From the NCBI GenBank assembly GCA_051047955.1, contig JBPGPT010000020.1, forward strand, positions 62,001 to 126,000: DNA of 64,000 nt. Direction: 5' to 3'. Both the position numbers and the translations under genes were made by a program. Below the pieces are notes generated by a model. That model was given only the letters and a program-made list of their open reading frames with translations, made no database searches and was not told the DNA's origin. The stretch's first letter is position 1. Each line of letters opens with the position of its first letter. Shown piece after piece: positions 13,501-28,250 of the stretch. Source of the DNA: Cystobasidiomycetes sp. EMM_F5 (taxonomy: Eukaryota).

Positions 13501-14370
13501 ACAGCGTATCAGACTGCTATCCTCGCTGAGCCGGACGGGGGGCGTATGCATGTGTTCGTCGATGATGGGGGTGTTGGTTAAAGTGGACGTGGATGCCTGT
13601 TTCGAGCGGACGGGGGGCGTATGCGTGTGTTCATCGACGATGGGGGTGTTGGTTAAAGTAGCCGTGGATGCCTGTTTCGAGACATTGTTGGACGGAGCTC
13701 GAGTTCGCTTTCGCGGTGCTGTAGCTGCGCGTCCAGGTACAGAGACTGGAGATGGACGAGGTGCTGCTGATGGAGGTCGCTGGTATTGCACTGGCTGTAA
13801 ATTCATCGACGAAGGATAGGATGGGTGGGTAAAGTGTATTGGGGGGAGAGGGGGCAGCTGAGGGAGAGGGAGTTGCCTCGACTGCTTGTCGGGGGAGTAG
13901 GGTCCAGCGTTTGACAATATGGACGCGAGGGATGCGGGCAGACCGAGAGAGGGTGGGTTGAGCAGTTCGTGCGAGTATGTACTATTCACCAGCGGCGGCT
14001 GCTGGGTGTTTGTATTTGCACTTGTATTTGCACTTGTGTTCCCACTCCCCTCGTCTCCAGACTTGAGCTCAGCCTTGAGCTTCACTCCGCCGACTTCACC
14101 ACTCCCATTACTGCTACTCGCCTCAATGTCGAGCACTATCGTCTCGGTCTCCCAGCTGACGGGCAGCGTCTCTGTCCCGAATGTAGACGTCGACACTCTG
14201 GGTATTGCAGGTCGAGGGGGGCTGTGAGGAGTGATTGCAGATGGGGCATGACTGTGGATGTTCAGATCATCCTCCACTGTTTTACTACTGCCTCTCTCAT
14301 CCTCCACCCCCTTCTCGTCCACCACCTCGTACGCCGCTGCGCTGAGGAGATCCAGCAGCCCTCCCGACAT
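7565..14370 (-). CDS. PHD-finger + SET-domain protein (Set3/Set4/KMT2E-like), ~4 exons
   Basis: PHD finger [28 protein letters not shown]...FICPMC; SET-like DQRRWGDETRFIRQGCHPN and ALQDISKREELVLPFDW. ORFs 10447..14370, 8518..10419 and 7732..8454 are separated by intron-sized gaps, and a final RGG-rich exon ends at TAG 7567-7565. Confidence 0.8.
13532..13681. repeat. In-frame 75-bp tandem duplication (2 copies) in the Set3-like CDS
   Basis: Unit cggacggggggcgtatgc...gatgcctgtttcgag at 13532-13606 and 13607-13681, encoding SKQASTxTLTNTPIxDEHxHTPPVR twice. Confidence 0.95.
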
Positions 14371-14738
14371 GGTGAGCTTAGAGGGATATGGACATGGTTA
14401 TGGTCATGAATGGTGCAGAGTGTAGTGCATGCTGCATGGTGGGGCTGTGAGTTGGGCGAGTTGAGAGGCAGAGTATCAACAATTATGCATTGTAGAGATA
14501 TACCAAAGACATGATTAGTCTATACGAATACACTCAGAGTAGCCGTGATATGATGAATGATACTGCAGCAATGAGCTCGAGAAGTGATTACATCCACTCT
14601 CTAACTCTCTGCTCGCTGTCCTCCTTGCTGTCCTTCGATCGATGCTGCAAATTATCGCACCCTTGCACCCCTCCAACCCTCATCAATATACAAATCACCC
14701 ATTCTTACTCAGTCTTCATCTAGACTGCACTCGTCACC

Positions 14739-17700
14739 ATGGCGGCCTCACAGAGGGGAGGGAAGCGAGACTTGTCTGGGTGAGTTTGTCGAGTTGTGGG
14801 CTGACGATGGGAGAGTAGAGAGGTCTAAGACAACAACGCTGTATGTATTTACCCACTGACTATGCACTGCTGTCTAAATATGCAGGTTTCAATACTCGGC
14901 AATGTCGTCGCTCGTCCTCAACGCCGACCATCGGGGAAGACGGAGCGACGCAGAGCCAACGGGAGAGCCAGAGTCGCTCGTAGGGAGGGTGAATGTAAAG
15001 CAGATGGGGAGCAGAGCATTCCGAGAGACGGCTGGTCAGGAATCGGCAAAGCGAAAGTCCAAGCTGGCAGACAAGGGCAACAGTGATATCTCAAACAACA
15101 AGCGAGCGAAAATGTCGAGTACAACGACGACATCTTCAATGCAAGCGAGGGATATCATTGCTGCCGCAGATCAGATGGAGGGAATGGATTACATTCCCCG
15201 AACAGCAGAGACTCGCCAGACGTACGAGCTCATCCTCTCGGCCGTCCATCAAGCTTTTGGGGGTGAGCAGCCCCAAGACGTCCTCCGCGACGCAACAGAC
15301 TTTGTCATTGTCACCCTCAAGGACGACTCGCTCAAAGACTACGACAAGAAGAGGGATATATCGGCAGCCATCCCTGGCCTGACGACTGAAGTCTTTACGA
15401 CACTCGTAGGACTGGGAAAGCGGATAAACGACTTTGGAGCAGACGATCCCGAGAATGCAGCGACTCGCGATCCAGATCAGGAAAAGAGAGACGGTCGTAT
15501 CGACGACGACGTCGGTGTCGCTGTCGTGTTTGACGAGGACGAACAGACCGGCATCAGGATGGGCGATATCGGAGACGACGACGAGGACGAGGACGCCGCG
15601 TTTGAAGTGCGCGACGAGTCTGACGACGACGAGGATGGAGAGAGTGGTGCACGAGAGGACGCCAATGCCGCTATACAGGCCGAGAACGGAACAGGTGACG
15701 ATGAACAAGGTAACGAAATCATCATTGGCGACACTACATCCACCCAATCTACCACCTCTCGCAAAGCCAAAAAGGATTCCGACGACATACCCGCAAGGGA
15801 TATTGACGGATTCTGGCTACAGCGTCTCGTAGCACAATCCTACCCAGACCCACTAGAGACGGCCGAAAAGACGTCGGAAGCAATGTCGCTCCTCTCTGCA
15901 GACACAAACATGCGAGACTGCGAAAATGCACTCATGGATCTCTTTGACTATGACAAGTTTGCACTCGTAAAGACGCTCACTAAAAACAGGGAAAAGATTG
16001 TATGGTGCACCAAACTCGCGAGATCCGATGAGCAGGGTAGGATGGATGTACAAGTCACGATGCGCGAAAAGGGAGTAGGTTGGATCCTGAAAGACCTTGC
16101 GAGCAGTAGTGGTAGTGGTGGTGAAGGTTCCGCTACGAATGGCTCCACTAACGCAAACATGCAAATCGATGCACCGGCGGGCGTGTCGAGCGTTCCCAAA
16201 GCAAACATTGCAGCTGGATCCCTCGTACAGCCCAAAGGGACTGTCGATCTAGAGAGCATGGCATTCTCTCAAGGTGCACGACTCATGTCAAACAAGCAGT
16301 GCCGACTTCCCGAAGGTTCATTCAAGCGATCAAAGAAGGGTTACGAGGAGATTCACATTCCAGAGCCAAAGAAGAGGACAGTCAAACCTGGTGAACTCGT
16401 TCCAATCACAGACCTTCCAGAGTGGGCGAGAGCGGCCTTTCCAAATACAAAAGAGCTCAATGCCATTCAGAGCAAAGTGTATCCCGTCGCATACGGCCAA
16501 GATGAGCCTATCCTCATGTGCGCCCCCACCGGTGCAGGCAAGACCAACGTAGCGATGCTCACGATCCTCAATGAGCTGAGCAAACACCGCGACGAGCGGA
16601 CTGGGACGTTTGACGTCGACAGTTTCAAAATCATTTACATCTCTCCAATGAAGGCTCTCGTACAGGAACAAGTCGGGTCGTTTTACGCTAAACTCGAATA
16701 CCTCGGTATCAAAGTGGCTGAACTTACAGGCGACCGATCTCTTACAAAGCAGCAGATTCAGGATACACAAATCATCGTGACGACACCAGAAAAGTGGGAT
16801 GTCATTACTCGTAAATCCACAGACACGTCGTATACCAACCTCGTCCGACTCATCATCATTGACGAAATTCATCTCCTGCACGACGATCGTGGTCCGGTAC
16901 TCGAAGCTGTAGTAGCACGTACTATCCGCAGAATGGAGCAGACGCAGGATTATGTCCGTATCGTTGGTCTTTCTGCCACTCTGCCAAACTACGAAGATGT
17001 AGCTCGTTTCCTCCGCGTCAACCCGAAGAAGGGCCTCTTCCACTTTGATGCAACGTACAGGCCGTGCGTCCTTAAACAGCAGTTTGTCGGAGTCACCGAG
17101 AAGAAGGCACTCAAGCGCTTCCAGGTCATGAATGAAGTCTGCTACGAAAAAGTGCACGAGCAGGTCGCGAAAGGCGAACAGGTCTTGGTGTTTGTGCACT
17201 CCCGCAAGGAGACGGCAAAGACTGCAAAGTTTATCCGAGATACTGCGCTAGAAAAGGAGACTATAACAACATTCATCAAACCCGACGGAGGGACACGAGA
17301 GATTCTCCAAGATGTCGCAAATACCTGCACTGACGGAAACTTGAAAGACTTGGTTTCTTTTGGATTCGGTATCCATCATGCCGGAATGAACAGAGAAGAC
17401 AGAGAATACGTAGAGGAACTCTTCTTGAAGGGACACATTCAGGTCCTCTGCTCCACGGCGACCCTCGCCTGGGGTGTCAATCTTCCCGCTCACGCAGCCA
17501 TCATCAAGGGAACTCAAATTTACAATCCGGAAAAAGGCAGATGGACAGAACTTTCGCCACAGGATGTCTTACAGATGCTTGGTCGTGCCGGACGCCCGCA
17601 GTACGATACATACGGAGAGGGTATCATTATCACAAATCATGGCGAGCTCCAATACTACCTGTCAATGATGAATCAGCAACTGCCCATCGAATCGCAGTTT

Positions 17701-20700
17701 GTTTCCAAGCTATCAGACAACCTCAATGCCGAGATTGTCCTCGGCACTATTCGCAATCGCGATGAAGCCGTCACTTGGCTGGGCTATACATACTGGTTCT
17801 GCAGAGCACTCGGCTCACCATCGCTATACGGTGTTCCCGCAGACTTCCGAGACGATGATCCTTACCTTTTGCAGAAACGAGCGTAAGTCGGCATGGGTGT
17901 TCACAACATTTCGCGCACTACTAATCGTCGTTTTACAGCGATATCATTCACACGGCAGCCTCCATTCTCGAGAAGTGTGGTCTGGTCAAGTACGACCGAC
18001 GAAGTGGTCAGCTGCAAAGCACTGAATTGGGCCGTATCGCTTCGCACTACTACATCACCCCCAGCTCCATGTCCACTTACAATCAGCATCTTCGCTCCAC
18101 TATCGGCTTCATCGAGCTATTCCGCGTCTTTGCGCTGTCTGAGGAGTTCAAGTACATTCCGGTCCGCGAGGAAGAAAAGATTGAACTCAGTCGCCTGCTG
18201 GACCGAGTACCAATCCCCATCAAAGAGAGTGTAGAAGATCCCGCTGCCAAGATCAACGTCCTCTTGCAGGCCTACATTTCTGGTTTGAAACTGGAAGGTT
18301 TCGCTCTGATGACCGACATGGTCTACATCACGCAATCCGCTGGACGTATCCTTCGAGCCATCTTTGAGATTTGCATGAAGCGTGGCTGGGCCAGCTTGAT
18401 GTACAAGGCTCTCGACATGTGCAAGATGGTCGAGCAACGAATGTGGCCATCGATGACTCCGCTTCGACAGTTCCCTGGTATTCCTGCAGATATCGTAAGG
18501 CGCGCGGAGCGGAAAGAGTACCCTTGGTTCCGCTACTTTGACCTTGAACCTGCTGTTCTTGGAGAACTGATCGGTCTACCAAAAGCTGGCCGACTGGTTC
18601 ACCAGCTCGTACACAAATTCCCGAAAATCGAAATCGTTGCTCATGCTCAACCTATTACTCGGTCGATGCTGCGAGTCGACCTCACACTGACACCGGACTT
18701 TGAGTGGGACGAGCGGATACATGGCAATACGCAGTCATTTTGGGTCGTCGTTGAAGACGTCGACGGCGAGCACATTCTCTTCAGCGAGCAATTTATGCTG
18801 CGAGAGCGGTTCGCGGTAACGCAAGATGAACATTACCTCACATTCACAATTCCTGTTCTTGATCCTCTACCGCCCAATTACTTCATCACGGTTGTGTCCG
18901 ACAGATGGCTCGCATGCGAGACGCGCTTGCCGCTAGTCCTACGTAACCTGATCCTGCCAGAAAAGTTTCCTCCGCCTACTACGCTCCTCGAACTTCAACC
19001 TCTTCCAACATCTGCTCTACACAATGCCGACTTCGAGGCCATCTACTCGTCAACTATACCCAGCTTCAATAAGATTCAAACTCAGGTCTTCCAAGCGCTT
19101 TATACCACAAACGATAATGTGTTTGTCGGAGCGCCGACAGGCAGCGGTAAAACCATTTGTGCAGAGTTTGCCTTACTGCGACTGTGGTCACAGCGCGAGC
19201 CTGGTAGAGCAGTGTGCATCGAGCCTTTCCAGGAGGTCGTCGACATGCGCGCCGCGGAATGGAAGGCCAAGTTCGGAGAATTGCAGGGCGGAAAGACCAT
19301 CTCAATCCTGACTGGCGAAACTACAGAAGATTTGCGAAGGCTTAAGGCTGCCGATGTTATTATCTGTACACCATCGCAATGGGACGTACTATCTCGCAGA
19401 TGGAAGAACAGGGCGGACGTCAAGAACATCGCACTGCTGATTGCCGATGAGATTCAGATGATTGGCGGGTCCGATGGCCCAACCTACGAAGTGATTGTTT
19501 CAAGAACACGCTACGTAGCAAAGGAGACTGGCAATGATACCAGGATTGTCTGTTTCGGAGTCTCGCTTGCAAACGCTCGCGACTTGGGAGAATGGATGGG
19601 CGCCACTTCGCAAACCATCTTCAACTTCTCTCCGAGCGCCAGGCCACTGCCAATGGAGGTTCATATGCAGAGCTTCAACGTTCCACACTTTCCATCCTTA
19701 ATGATTCAGATGGCGAAACCGGCATACCTTGCAATCGTAGAATATGCTCAGACTCGGCCGACTATAGTCTTCGTTCCGTCGCGCAGACAGTGTCGGCTGT
19801 CAGCGATGGATATTCTCAGCTACTGTCGTGGAGATCAGGACGAAACGCGCTTCTTGAATATGGAGGCTAAGGACTTGGCACCACACTTGGCGAGGATATC
19901 CGACGAGGATCTGCGCGAGACTTTGGAGTATGGCATTGGCTTCTACCATGAAGGTTTATCGAGGCAGGACAAGCTCATAGTGGAACGTTTATATCAAGCC
20001 GGAGCCATTCAGGTCGTCGTCGCCAGCAAAGACACTGCCTGGAGCATGTCCCTCTCGGCTTATATGGTGATACTCATGGGCGTACAGACGTATGAAGGTA
20101 AGCTGATTGATCTAAGCCTTGAACGCTATCGCTGAAGTACCACATTTCAGGTAAAGAACATCGTTACGTAGACTATGCATTCACCGATGTGCTGCAAATG
20201 ATGGGTCGTGCGTGCAGACCAGGCATCGATGAAAGCAGTCGATGTGTCATCATGTGTCCACAGACACGCAAATCCTTCTTTGTGAAGTTCCTGAGCGAGG
20301 GTTTGCCGATTGAGTCGCATCTCCCAATGCAACTACACGATCACTTCAATGCAGAAATCGTTACGAAGACTATCGAAGACACACAAGGTGCTGTCGATTG
20401 GTGTACATGGCAATGGTTCTATCGTCGGCTGGTTGCAAATCCTTTCTACTACAACGTGAGTCACGCTTTGAAGACCGCCTGCGGGCGAAAACTGAATTCA
20501 TTTTTGTATACACAGATACAAGGAGCAACACATAATCACATTTCAGAGTACCTTTCCGATCTCGTTGAGACAACGCTGAGCGATCTCAATAAGGCGAAGG
20601 CTATCGAGATTGTGGACGAAATGGATGTAGCACCATTAAATTTAGGCATGATTGCCGCATACTACAACATACATCACGAGACTGTCGCCATCTTCAACGA

Positions 20701-21631
20701 ATCCCTAACGGAGAAGACCAAACTTCGAGGTCTGCTGGAGATAGTCTCGGCCGCTACAGAATTCGAAAGCATTCCTATACGCCACCACGAGGATGCAATT
20801 TTACGTAAAATCTACGACCGTCTACCTCTCAAGCTACCTCAGCCGGACTTCAATAAGCCAGACACCAAGACCAACATATTATTACAAGCTCACTTCTTGC
20901 GACTTACACTACCTGCCGATCTGGCCTCGGATCAAGCCATTATTCTTGGCAAAGTCCTCAATCTACTCAGCGCTTGCGTTGACGTAATGTCATCGAATTC
21001 CTTCATCAATGCCTTGCAAGCTATGGATCTGTCGCAAATGGTCGTACAGGCAGTGCTCAATACAGACTCGCCCCTCAGACAGATCCCACATTTCTCCAAA
21101 GAAGTCCTGGATAGGTGTTCTGCGGCTGGAGTCAGAGAAGTTGCTGACATTGCCGAACTGGAAGACGCCGACCGTATCAAGTTATTGCAGATGACGAATC
21201 GGCAGCTACAGGATGTCGCGCGCTTCTGCAATGACTATCCGGATGTTGAGCTGTTGCATGAGGTCGAGGACCCGGATGACCTACACGCTGGGTCACCCAT
21301 TAATGTCAAAATCAGCCTGGAAAGAGAAGTCGATGAGGATTCGCAAGGAGCAGTGGTCGCGCCATTCTATCCGGGTTCGAAGAGCGAAAGTTGGTGGCTC
21401 GTTATCGGAAAAAGCAACGCCCTGCTGGCCATCAGAAAATTGCCCTTCAAACCCACCTACGATCCTGTTACACTCTCGTTCCAATTACCACAGGGCAAAC
21501 ACGATCTCACCTTGTACTGCGTTTCTGACAGCTACATGGGTGCCGATCGCACGGTAGAGTTCAGTCTGGACGTCAAAGAAGGAGAAGAGTCAGACGAGGA
21601 TGATGACTCTGATGATGATATGGAAGAGTAA
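14739..21631 (+). CDS. BRR2: U5 snRNP 200 kDa Ski2-like RNA helicase Brr2
   Basis: MAASQRGGKRDLSG|FQYSAMSSLVLNAD; first helicase cassette APTGAGKT/DEIH/QMLGRAGRPQYD, second cassette APTGSGKT/DEIQ, Sec63 domains, acidic tail. ORFs 14902..17886, 18027..20135 and 20189..21631 are joined by GT-AG introns. Confidence 0.97.
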
Positions 21632-21786
21632 GCCAAAAGCGGAAAACGAATGTCGCCGGAGCGGCAGATATTGTAGTTGCAGTATGATGCATGAACTGAG
21701 TAATTGGCTATTATGTACAAATGGATGAAGCTACCTCGCGCTATGTACCGCAAGTGTCGGCAAGCCGAGATGTAGAAATTGGCAGA

Positions 21787-24700
21787 TCAACCTTCTGCGC
21801 CCCCCAATTTGACACTTTCCTCGATGCGCGAGAGAATGTCTTCCAACCTGTCCAGCCGCCTCGTGATCGCGTCGATATCCTCGCTGCCTTCTGATCTGCC
21901 GTACATTTTGGTGAGCGTTAATCTATTCGGCCGTGATCCAGAGCGATTGAGAGATGCATGACGCGCTCCCGGCCTTATTGGCGAATTTGATCGGCCCCTA
22001 CGTTCGTCGGCAGAGGAGTCGCGGCTTATGTTGCTCATCAGGCCATGTCTAGGCAATTCGTCTTCCAGCTCGGGCGGCAGATGCTCAAAGACGAGCTGTA
22101 AATCGTGATGCGGACTCGCATACGTCAAGAAGCGCTTCTTGAGACCCAGCAGTATCCGCCGCGAGGTAGCGAAAAGTGTTCGTCTACGCTCCCAGCCTGC
22201 AATAGCCAGCAGAAAGGGTGCATTCAAAATTCGCGCAGCGATCACGTTCACTTGATGAAAGGCCTTTGCGCTTATGCAGAACCTCTGCAGGGCGAGCGGT
22301 CAGTTGTGCTCGTCTCGAAGTTAAGCAATATTGTTACCAAAGGAAAGAGGATCAGGAAGGCCGGAATACTGTGAGGAGATAGTTAAAAACGGCGGACTCC
22401 GATACGTTGCGGTACTGACTTCAGAGGCTTGAGTGTACAGAATTGGCAATTCCGTCAACAAGCAAAAATGTGCAACGGACGGGACCCGCGACTTACAGGT
22501 TGATAAAGCTGCAAAGTCCACATGTCAGCAGAGGATACGGAATGAGCGTAAGCATGCGTACAAAGATTGCATCACTTTTGATTCCTTCGTGTACTTCCAC
22601 GGCATGGCTGTGATGGTTGCCGCTTAGAAGACGATGATGCGTGCGATTTCTGCGCTTACCGAAAGAGAATCTGACAACCGCGTCAGCCTTAGCAAGCAAT
22701 TCTAAACTATAATCTAAGAAGCTTACCTCTGCAACCGAATCTTCCGCTACCGTGCGGAAAGTATGCGAAAGGACGCTTACCTGATCCGAAGGATGTGGGT
22801 ATCAGTCAAAGAGAACCTGGTCGAGTAGCAAAGACCCTACCATGGTTGTTAGTAGCAGCATTGAAGACAGTGCAGCGTAAGCAACGAAGAGCACAGGGCC
22901 TGCAATACAGATCCGCGTTGAGTAGCGAACCATTCGTGCAGCTGTAAGACAGATCATACCGAAAGTGGGGTGAAACTCTGCAGCCCGAGCGATACCGGTG
23001 CCTAAGGTTAATTCTGTTAGCGAACCTCTAGCATCTCGCAGTGACAAAGTAGCGTACCATCCAGGCCAAAAGTAGTCTTCGCCAGAAATGTACGATCAGC
23101 CTCAAAGAGGAGGCGTACTTTGACAAAGCTAATCCAACACTTACGGCTATCATGAGCTATGGTATTACAGCAAGCATGTTAGAGCAACCTCGTCACGTAT
23201 CATTTGGGAGCTCACCTGCCCGATGTACGCCATCGAGAACTCTCCGGCTCCTAGTAAGAACAGTGCCACAAGGAAGCCAAGGAAGCACCATGAAGCGACG
23301 GCGAGTATGAATAGGAATTGCGAGAACATCAAGCCTGCATGGTATTTCATAGCCTCAGCATGACACCGCTATCCGCAGCAGAGTCAGTAGACTTACGCAG
23401 TCCGAGTATCACACGACTCTTCGAGATGACTAGCACAATGAGCCGTGGGAACAGTACTACCGCTGCACAAGCCAGTATATTGAGCGATTCGGAGTAATAC
23501 TCGACCTTGCGGTTCGAGATATCCAGTAGCCGTAAAAACAGATACGAGGAGAATATGCACATGAAGACTGTATGGCATTGGTGTCAAATGATGCGAATGC
23601 AAATCTTGCAATGCCTGCTCACCTAGATCGATTCCATTCCAAACATTGGACAGGAAGACTGCGCGCATTTCATGAGCGATCAGGGTGGCTATGACTAAAT
23701 GCTAGTAGAGTATCAGCTTACCATTGACACCATGCTCTGTACAATGACAACCTCAGCCAAAGGCTCGCAGGTCACTGCGACAGCGCTTACCCAACACAGT
23801 CGCGAAGCGGTCCAGCGCCCAGCCGCTTGCATAAACCGCAAGCCAGATCTCCCAACCATTCATCCGATTCGGTTGCATTGCTGGGATTCTGGGTCAGTGT
23901 TTGGTATCATCGCGAACTAGACGAAGACATACTGAAGACGACAAAGAGGTACGATACGAAGAGCACCAAGAACTGGACATATTCGAGCGCAGCACGTATT
24001 CTTGGAACGATGAGTCGCTGTTGATTAAGTAAAGGCTCTTCAGAAGCTTCGTACAGCGTTATTGGGACTCGTCTATAATGGTCGGGGAGGAGATCGACGA
24101 AGGAAGTGGGCGAATAGATGACCTCGCCGGTCCATATGGCATCCAAGACCCATTGTACGGGTCGTGACCGTATCAATCGTTTCGCTTCGCCCATTATAGC
24201 TAATTCGAGAGCGTTGCCTTTTGGTATTTCGAGGTGTGATGCTTCGGGGTCTACGGATTCGTGGTATGCTAGTATGTCATCCGGCGCGCCTTGGAAGGGA
24301 GAGAACGCAGAAGCAAACGCATGGGCCAAAAGCAGGAGCTGTAAGGAGTACTTTTGTGAGAGGTTCTGCAAACGAGCTAATTGTCATGCGCCTACAGTTT
24401 CTTCTGAATCGGGATCCGAGTCGTACACTTTGCGCATAATCTTGACGGCGAGTATCTCGCACAGAGCAGCTCGCGAGTTGGCAAGCGAGTATGCAGAAGG
24501 CGTGCCTTGCTGTTGCAAGAAGTGTATCCGGCACACGAGCAGGCTTTTATGAGGGAGACTTGACTTAGATGCGACGCATACGGTACAAGTTCCAGCTTAC
24601 CAGTATATGAGGGAGACATCGTCGAGCTGGAGATATTGCTCCTGAAGGGGCGTGAGAAGATAGGCAAGTCGTGGACTTTCAAATTCCTGTATTGAACATG

Positions 24701-24939
24701 AGCTCTTTGCGTTCTTGCGGCTTTGTCAATACGACACCTACACGAGTGCTCAGCGGAGTATCACACAAGCTCTGAATGTCCCGCTTAATTCGGTGAATGA
24801 GGGTAAAGCAATTCAAGCGCAGTAGGCGCTCCCTCGAGTAGCGAGACTGGGACGGCGGTCTGCCCTTTCCAAAGCTCGAGTCACTCCGACCGAGCAGCGG
24901 ACTGCGCTCTCGCCTGTCGTTGCTGGCCCATCCGCTCAT
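21787..24939 (-). CDS. TRP/Yvc1-like cation (Ca2+) channel, many exons
   Basis: N-terminal ERSPLL dileucine-like signal, NALELAIMGEAKRLIRSRPVQWVLDAIWTGEVIYS, LIVPRIRAALEY, multiple TM exons (LACAAVVLFPRL; AAEFHPTFG..GPVLFVAYAALS), EVHEGIKSDAIF and a coiled-coil end RRLDRLEDILSRIE. Confidence 0.75.
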
Positions 24940-25209
24940 TCCGGCCGTTTCTTCTTTATCGCAGCTTCTTTGACGAGCGAGACTATTGCATACGGTGAAT
25001 TGGGCAACTTGGGCAATACTACCAGCGTCCTGCCTGGTATCAGCGATGTGCAGGCATGCAACAGCTGTCAGAAGTCTAACAGATTTTGGGTCGGAAACAA
25101 TGACAGCCATCAATCATTTAGTGGCCTGACTGGGTTGTGCGACAGCTCAACTGCTAAACATGCGCCGTTACTGTTGCATTGTGCTAGATGTGCTCCCTAC
25201 TACTGCAAC

Positions 25210-28200
25210 ATGACATCCCAGCGCTCGCAGTTGCTGCTGGTCGTGCCATCTCGGGGCGCTGACCATCACCACGGCCACAATCATGGCCCAGCTGGCACTG
25301 CTGCTGTCTGGCGGGACTTTGACGTAGTGCAGCAGGGCCTTGTGCTGCCTGCATATCAGCTGTATGCTGTGGAGCAGTGGTGTGTTGGTGCTGATGAGAG
25401 GCGACGTTTTGTTTGATATCAATTCTGAGGCCATAATCCCGCATTGACAGGCTGGTCGACCGCCAGAGGACAGATACGATCGTGCACAGAACTAATAATC
25501 CATCTCACAAGGTATGCGTGTGGACGTAGAGTCAGCTTCACAGAATAACGGCGCGCTTTCCAGATTATCATCGATGTCATTCGGCCTAGAGGTGCTTCGT
25601 ATGAAGAACGAAAGGCCGTGTGGGACGACACTATCGAGAAGGCAGGTCTTCACACTCTTTCGCAGTGTACAAGCTAAGAATTTCCGACTACTTCTCTAGG
25701 CGCAGCGAGATGGCGCACGTCCGAAGCACACTGAGCTCGGCGTCATCCTTGCAGTCGACCTTACAGAATTTCCGCAAAGTCTGGGGCCCATCCTAATACC
25801 AGACGGATGTTTCGCCAGTGCAAAAGAGTCTCTCTATATCAACGTTAATCTGCGGAGACTCGGAGCTGGAAATAGAAAGCACACTCTGTCCTTGAGCGAT
25901 CCAAGGTTAGTCTAATCTGGGACGACGAGTTTGATTGCGAGCTGAATGTCCTCCGCAGTGCATCGCAACAAGAACGACTGAAGCAGTTGTACAAGCTGCC
26001 AGACTCTGCTATTGGTGCCAACTTCTCGATGACAGTACTCCGGCTAGTATCGCTGGCGCAAGCAGCGCTGTCCCTCTTCGACCTGGGTCCCAACGCCGGT
26101 GGAAATTATTCAGAACCCGATGGGTTGCGTGAGTGAGTACTTTCATAGCATTCCACCTGCTTCTAAGCCTTGCCGCTTCCAACAGTGTGCGATGTGACGG
26201 TCAATTGCATCATGAACTGGAGATTGGATGTCGCTCACGAGTCAGTCGGGCCAGACGTGCGTATACTTCATTTTGATCCGATTACACAACTCTAAGCCGT
26301 CATTTCGGCATTCAGTATGATTTGACGCAATCTGCTGTAGACGATTCGTGTAAATTGCCACCCGACACTCTTGCTTCCCTACTATCCGTCGTGATATGCA
26401 CGAGGAATAGATTGATGGAGCTAGGTGTAAATCACGTACGCACAGACGACACGTCCGTCGACAGGTATTTACAATTGTAATCCGCAGGTCCCTTCAGATC
26501 CCTTTGTCAATCGAGCTTCTTTCGTTCAGGCCTACAAATCCTTTTTAGTAGGCGACAATTTGCTCCTTCGGCTAGGTCTGCACTGACCGCCATTTGCAGC
26601 GCGCTTCGCGACAAAGCGGAGAAGCTCATTACTTGACCAGACGCGGAATCCGGTATATCCAGGCGCAAAGTGCTCGTATTGCCAAAGACGGTTTCAAGCG
26701 CGCTTTACGGCATAGATTCGATGATATGCGTGGTGACACTACCCGTGCAGCATTCAGCGAAGAAACGTCGAGTATCGTCTCTTTCATCGAGACATTGCAG
26801 AATGTGGCGGCGGATGATATTCCCTCGGTGACTTCGCTATGGCGCGGCAGTCTGAAGAGCAGTAGGGATTCTCGTTTCACAAAGACTTTCAGGACGAGTC
26901 ATTCCAGAGACGATTTTGACAGTGCCGACAAAGTCCCTATTGGATATTCCCCAAATGACGGCATTGCCAGTGATAGTGAGGAGGATGAGTGGATTCCGTC
27001 TAGGTTGCTGAAGGGTGTATCCAAGCGCACAAAGAAGCTTGGTGGCAATATGACTGGGTATGCAGGATGATACGAAATTGGATGTGTTAGGCCTGACAGA
27101 CTTGCTTCCTCAGCCTCCTACTACCACGTCCTGAAGGAATGCATCCTCGAAAGCAGCATTCACTTGCCGTGGAGTGAGTAAACAGGATACTCTGCTACAT
27201 GAAATGCAGACTCATTACTCATATTAGGGTCGAAGATGTTCGGAGGAGGCATCGACGTCAAGTACCTCTCCGTGAGTTACGCCAGCGATCCGCCTCGACT
27301 TCCGCTTACCATCTTCTGCAGAAGAGGATTATACCTCAGAACTTCGCGAGTCCGCGTCACATTCCAAAAGCAGCGCCATCCCCTTGTACTCTCCTGCGGA
27401 AACCTTCACAACGCTAGGAGAACCCGACGAAAGTCCCTTGGCTACCCTTCGACCACCCAGTATGAGAAGGGTCGTCTCCGATTCGCATGGTGATCCACAC
27501 TATCTGTCTCGCTCGACAACGGCCGCGATTACACCTCCCAAAGCTTCTATCCCACAAAGACGTAGATACAGCTTCGATTGCGAATATAACCTCCCCGAAT
27601 TGGATGAGATGTTGTCGATTCAGGCCATGCATCTCAGTGCCGAATTGCAGATGACAAGATACCGCCTACGACAGCGCGAGAAACAGTTGGCCAAGACTGT
27701 ACAGACGTTGACCATTATCGAAAAGGCATATGATGACGCTATCAAGATGATGGAGCCCCCTATGCTAAGGCGGGTAAATGACCTGAAGAAGCTGAACGAG
27801 AAGCACAAGAATTTCGCTGCCGCTATGAATGTGTTACTTCCCGAATCGATACGTCACAGAGAATGGTCCGCATCAAGTACGCAAACGCTTGTATTTGGAA
27901 GATCCGAGGACGCCAAAGGCGAAATCGCTCAATTGAGGGACAAAATGGAGACGCTAAACTATAACGACGGTGATGTGCTGGCGGCAAGGATCAGATCAGT
28001 AGCTGACAAGTGGGAAGAGTTCGACAGCGTTGTCGGTGGCAGCGAGATCCTCTACGACCCTTCGATCGTCCCGACTCGCCAGGTCGGCGAGATTGTTGTA
28101 GCCCTTCAAGGAGCCATCATCAAGTCTGAAAAATCCGGCTTGAAAAAGGCGTACAGTATGCTGTGCATGGCTAGGGGAACTCTGAAATATGTAAAACTTA

Positions 28201-28250
28201 GATTTTGGTCGCATTTCAGGCGTGCTAAGGATGTTGTAAAAACCGAATGA
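25210..28250 (+). CDS. Stb2/Stb6-like (Sin3-binding) protein, many exons
   Basis: N-terminal LVLPAYQLYAVEQW resembles the Stb2/Stb6 N-terminal motif. Several GT-AG introns follow, and a coiled-coil last exon (ORF 27384..28250). Internal exon structure is only partly resolved. Confidence 0.6.

Noticed and set aside
19430..19460. Degenerate DEIQ motif in the second Brr2 helicase cassette
   Set aside because: The C-terminal cassette of Brr2 is known to be catalytically inactive, so this is normal.
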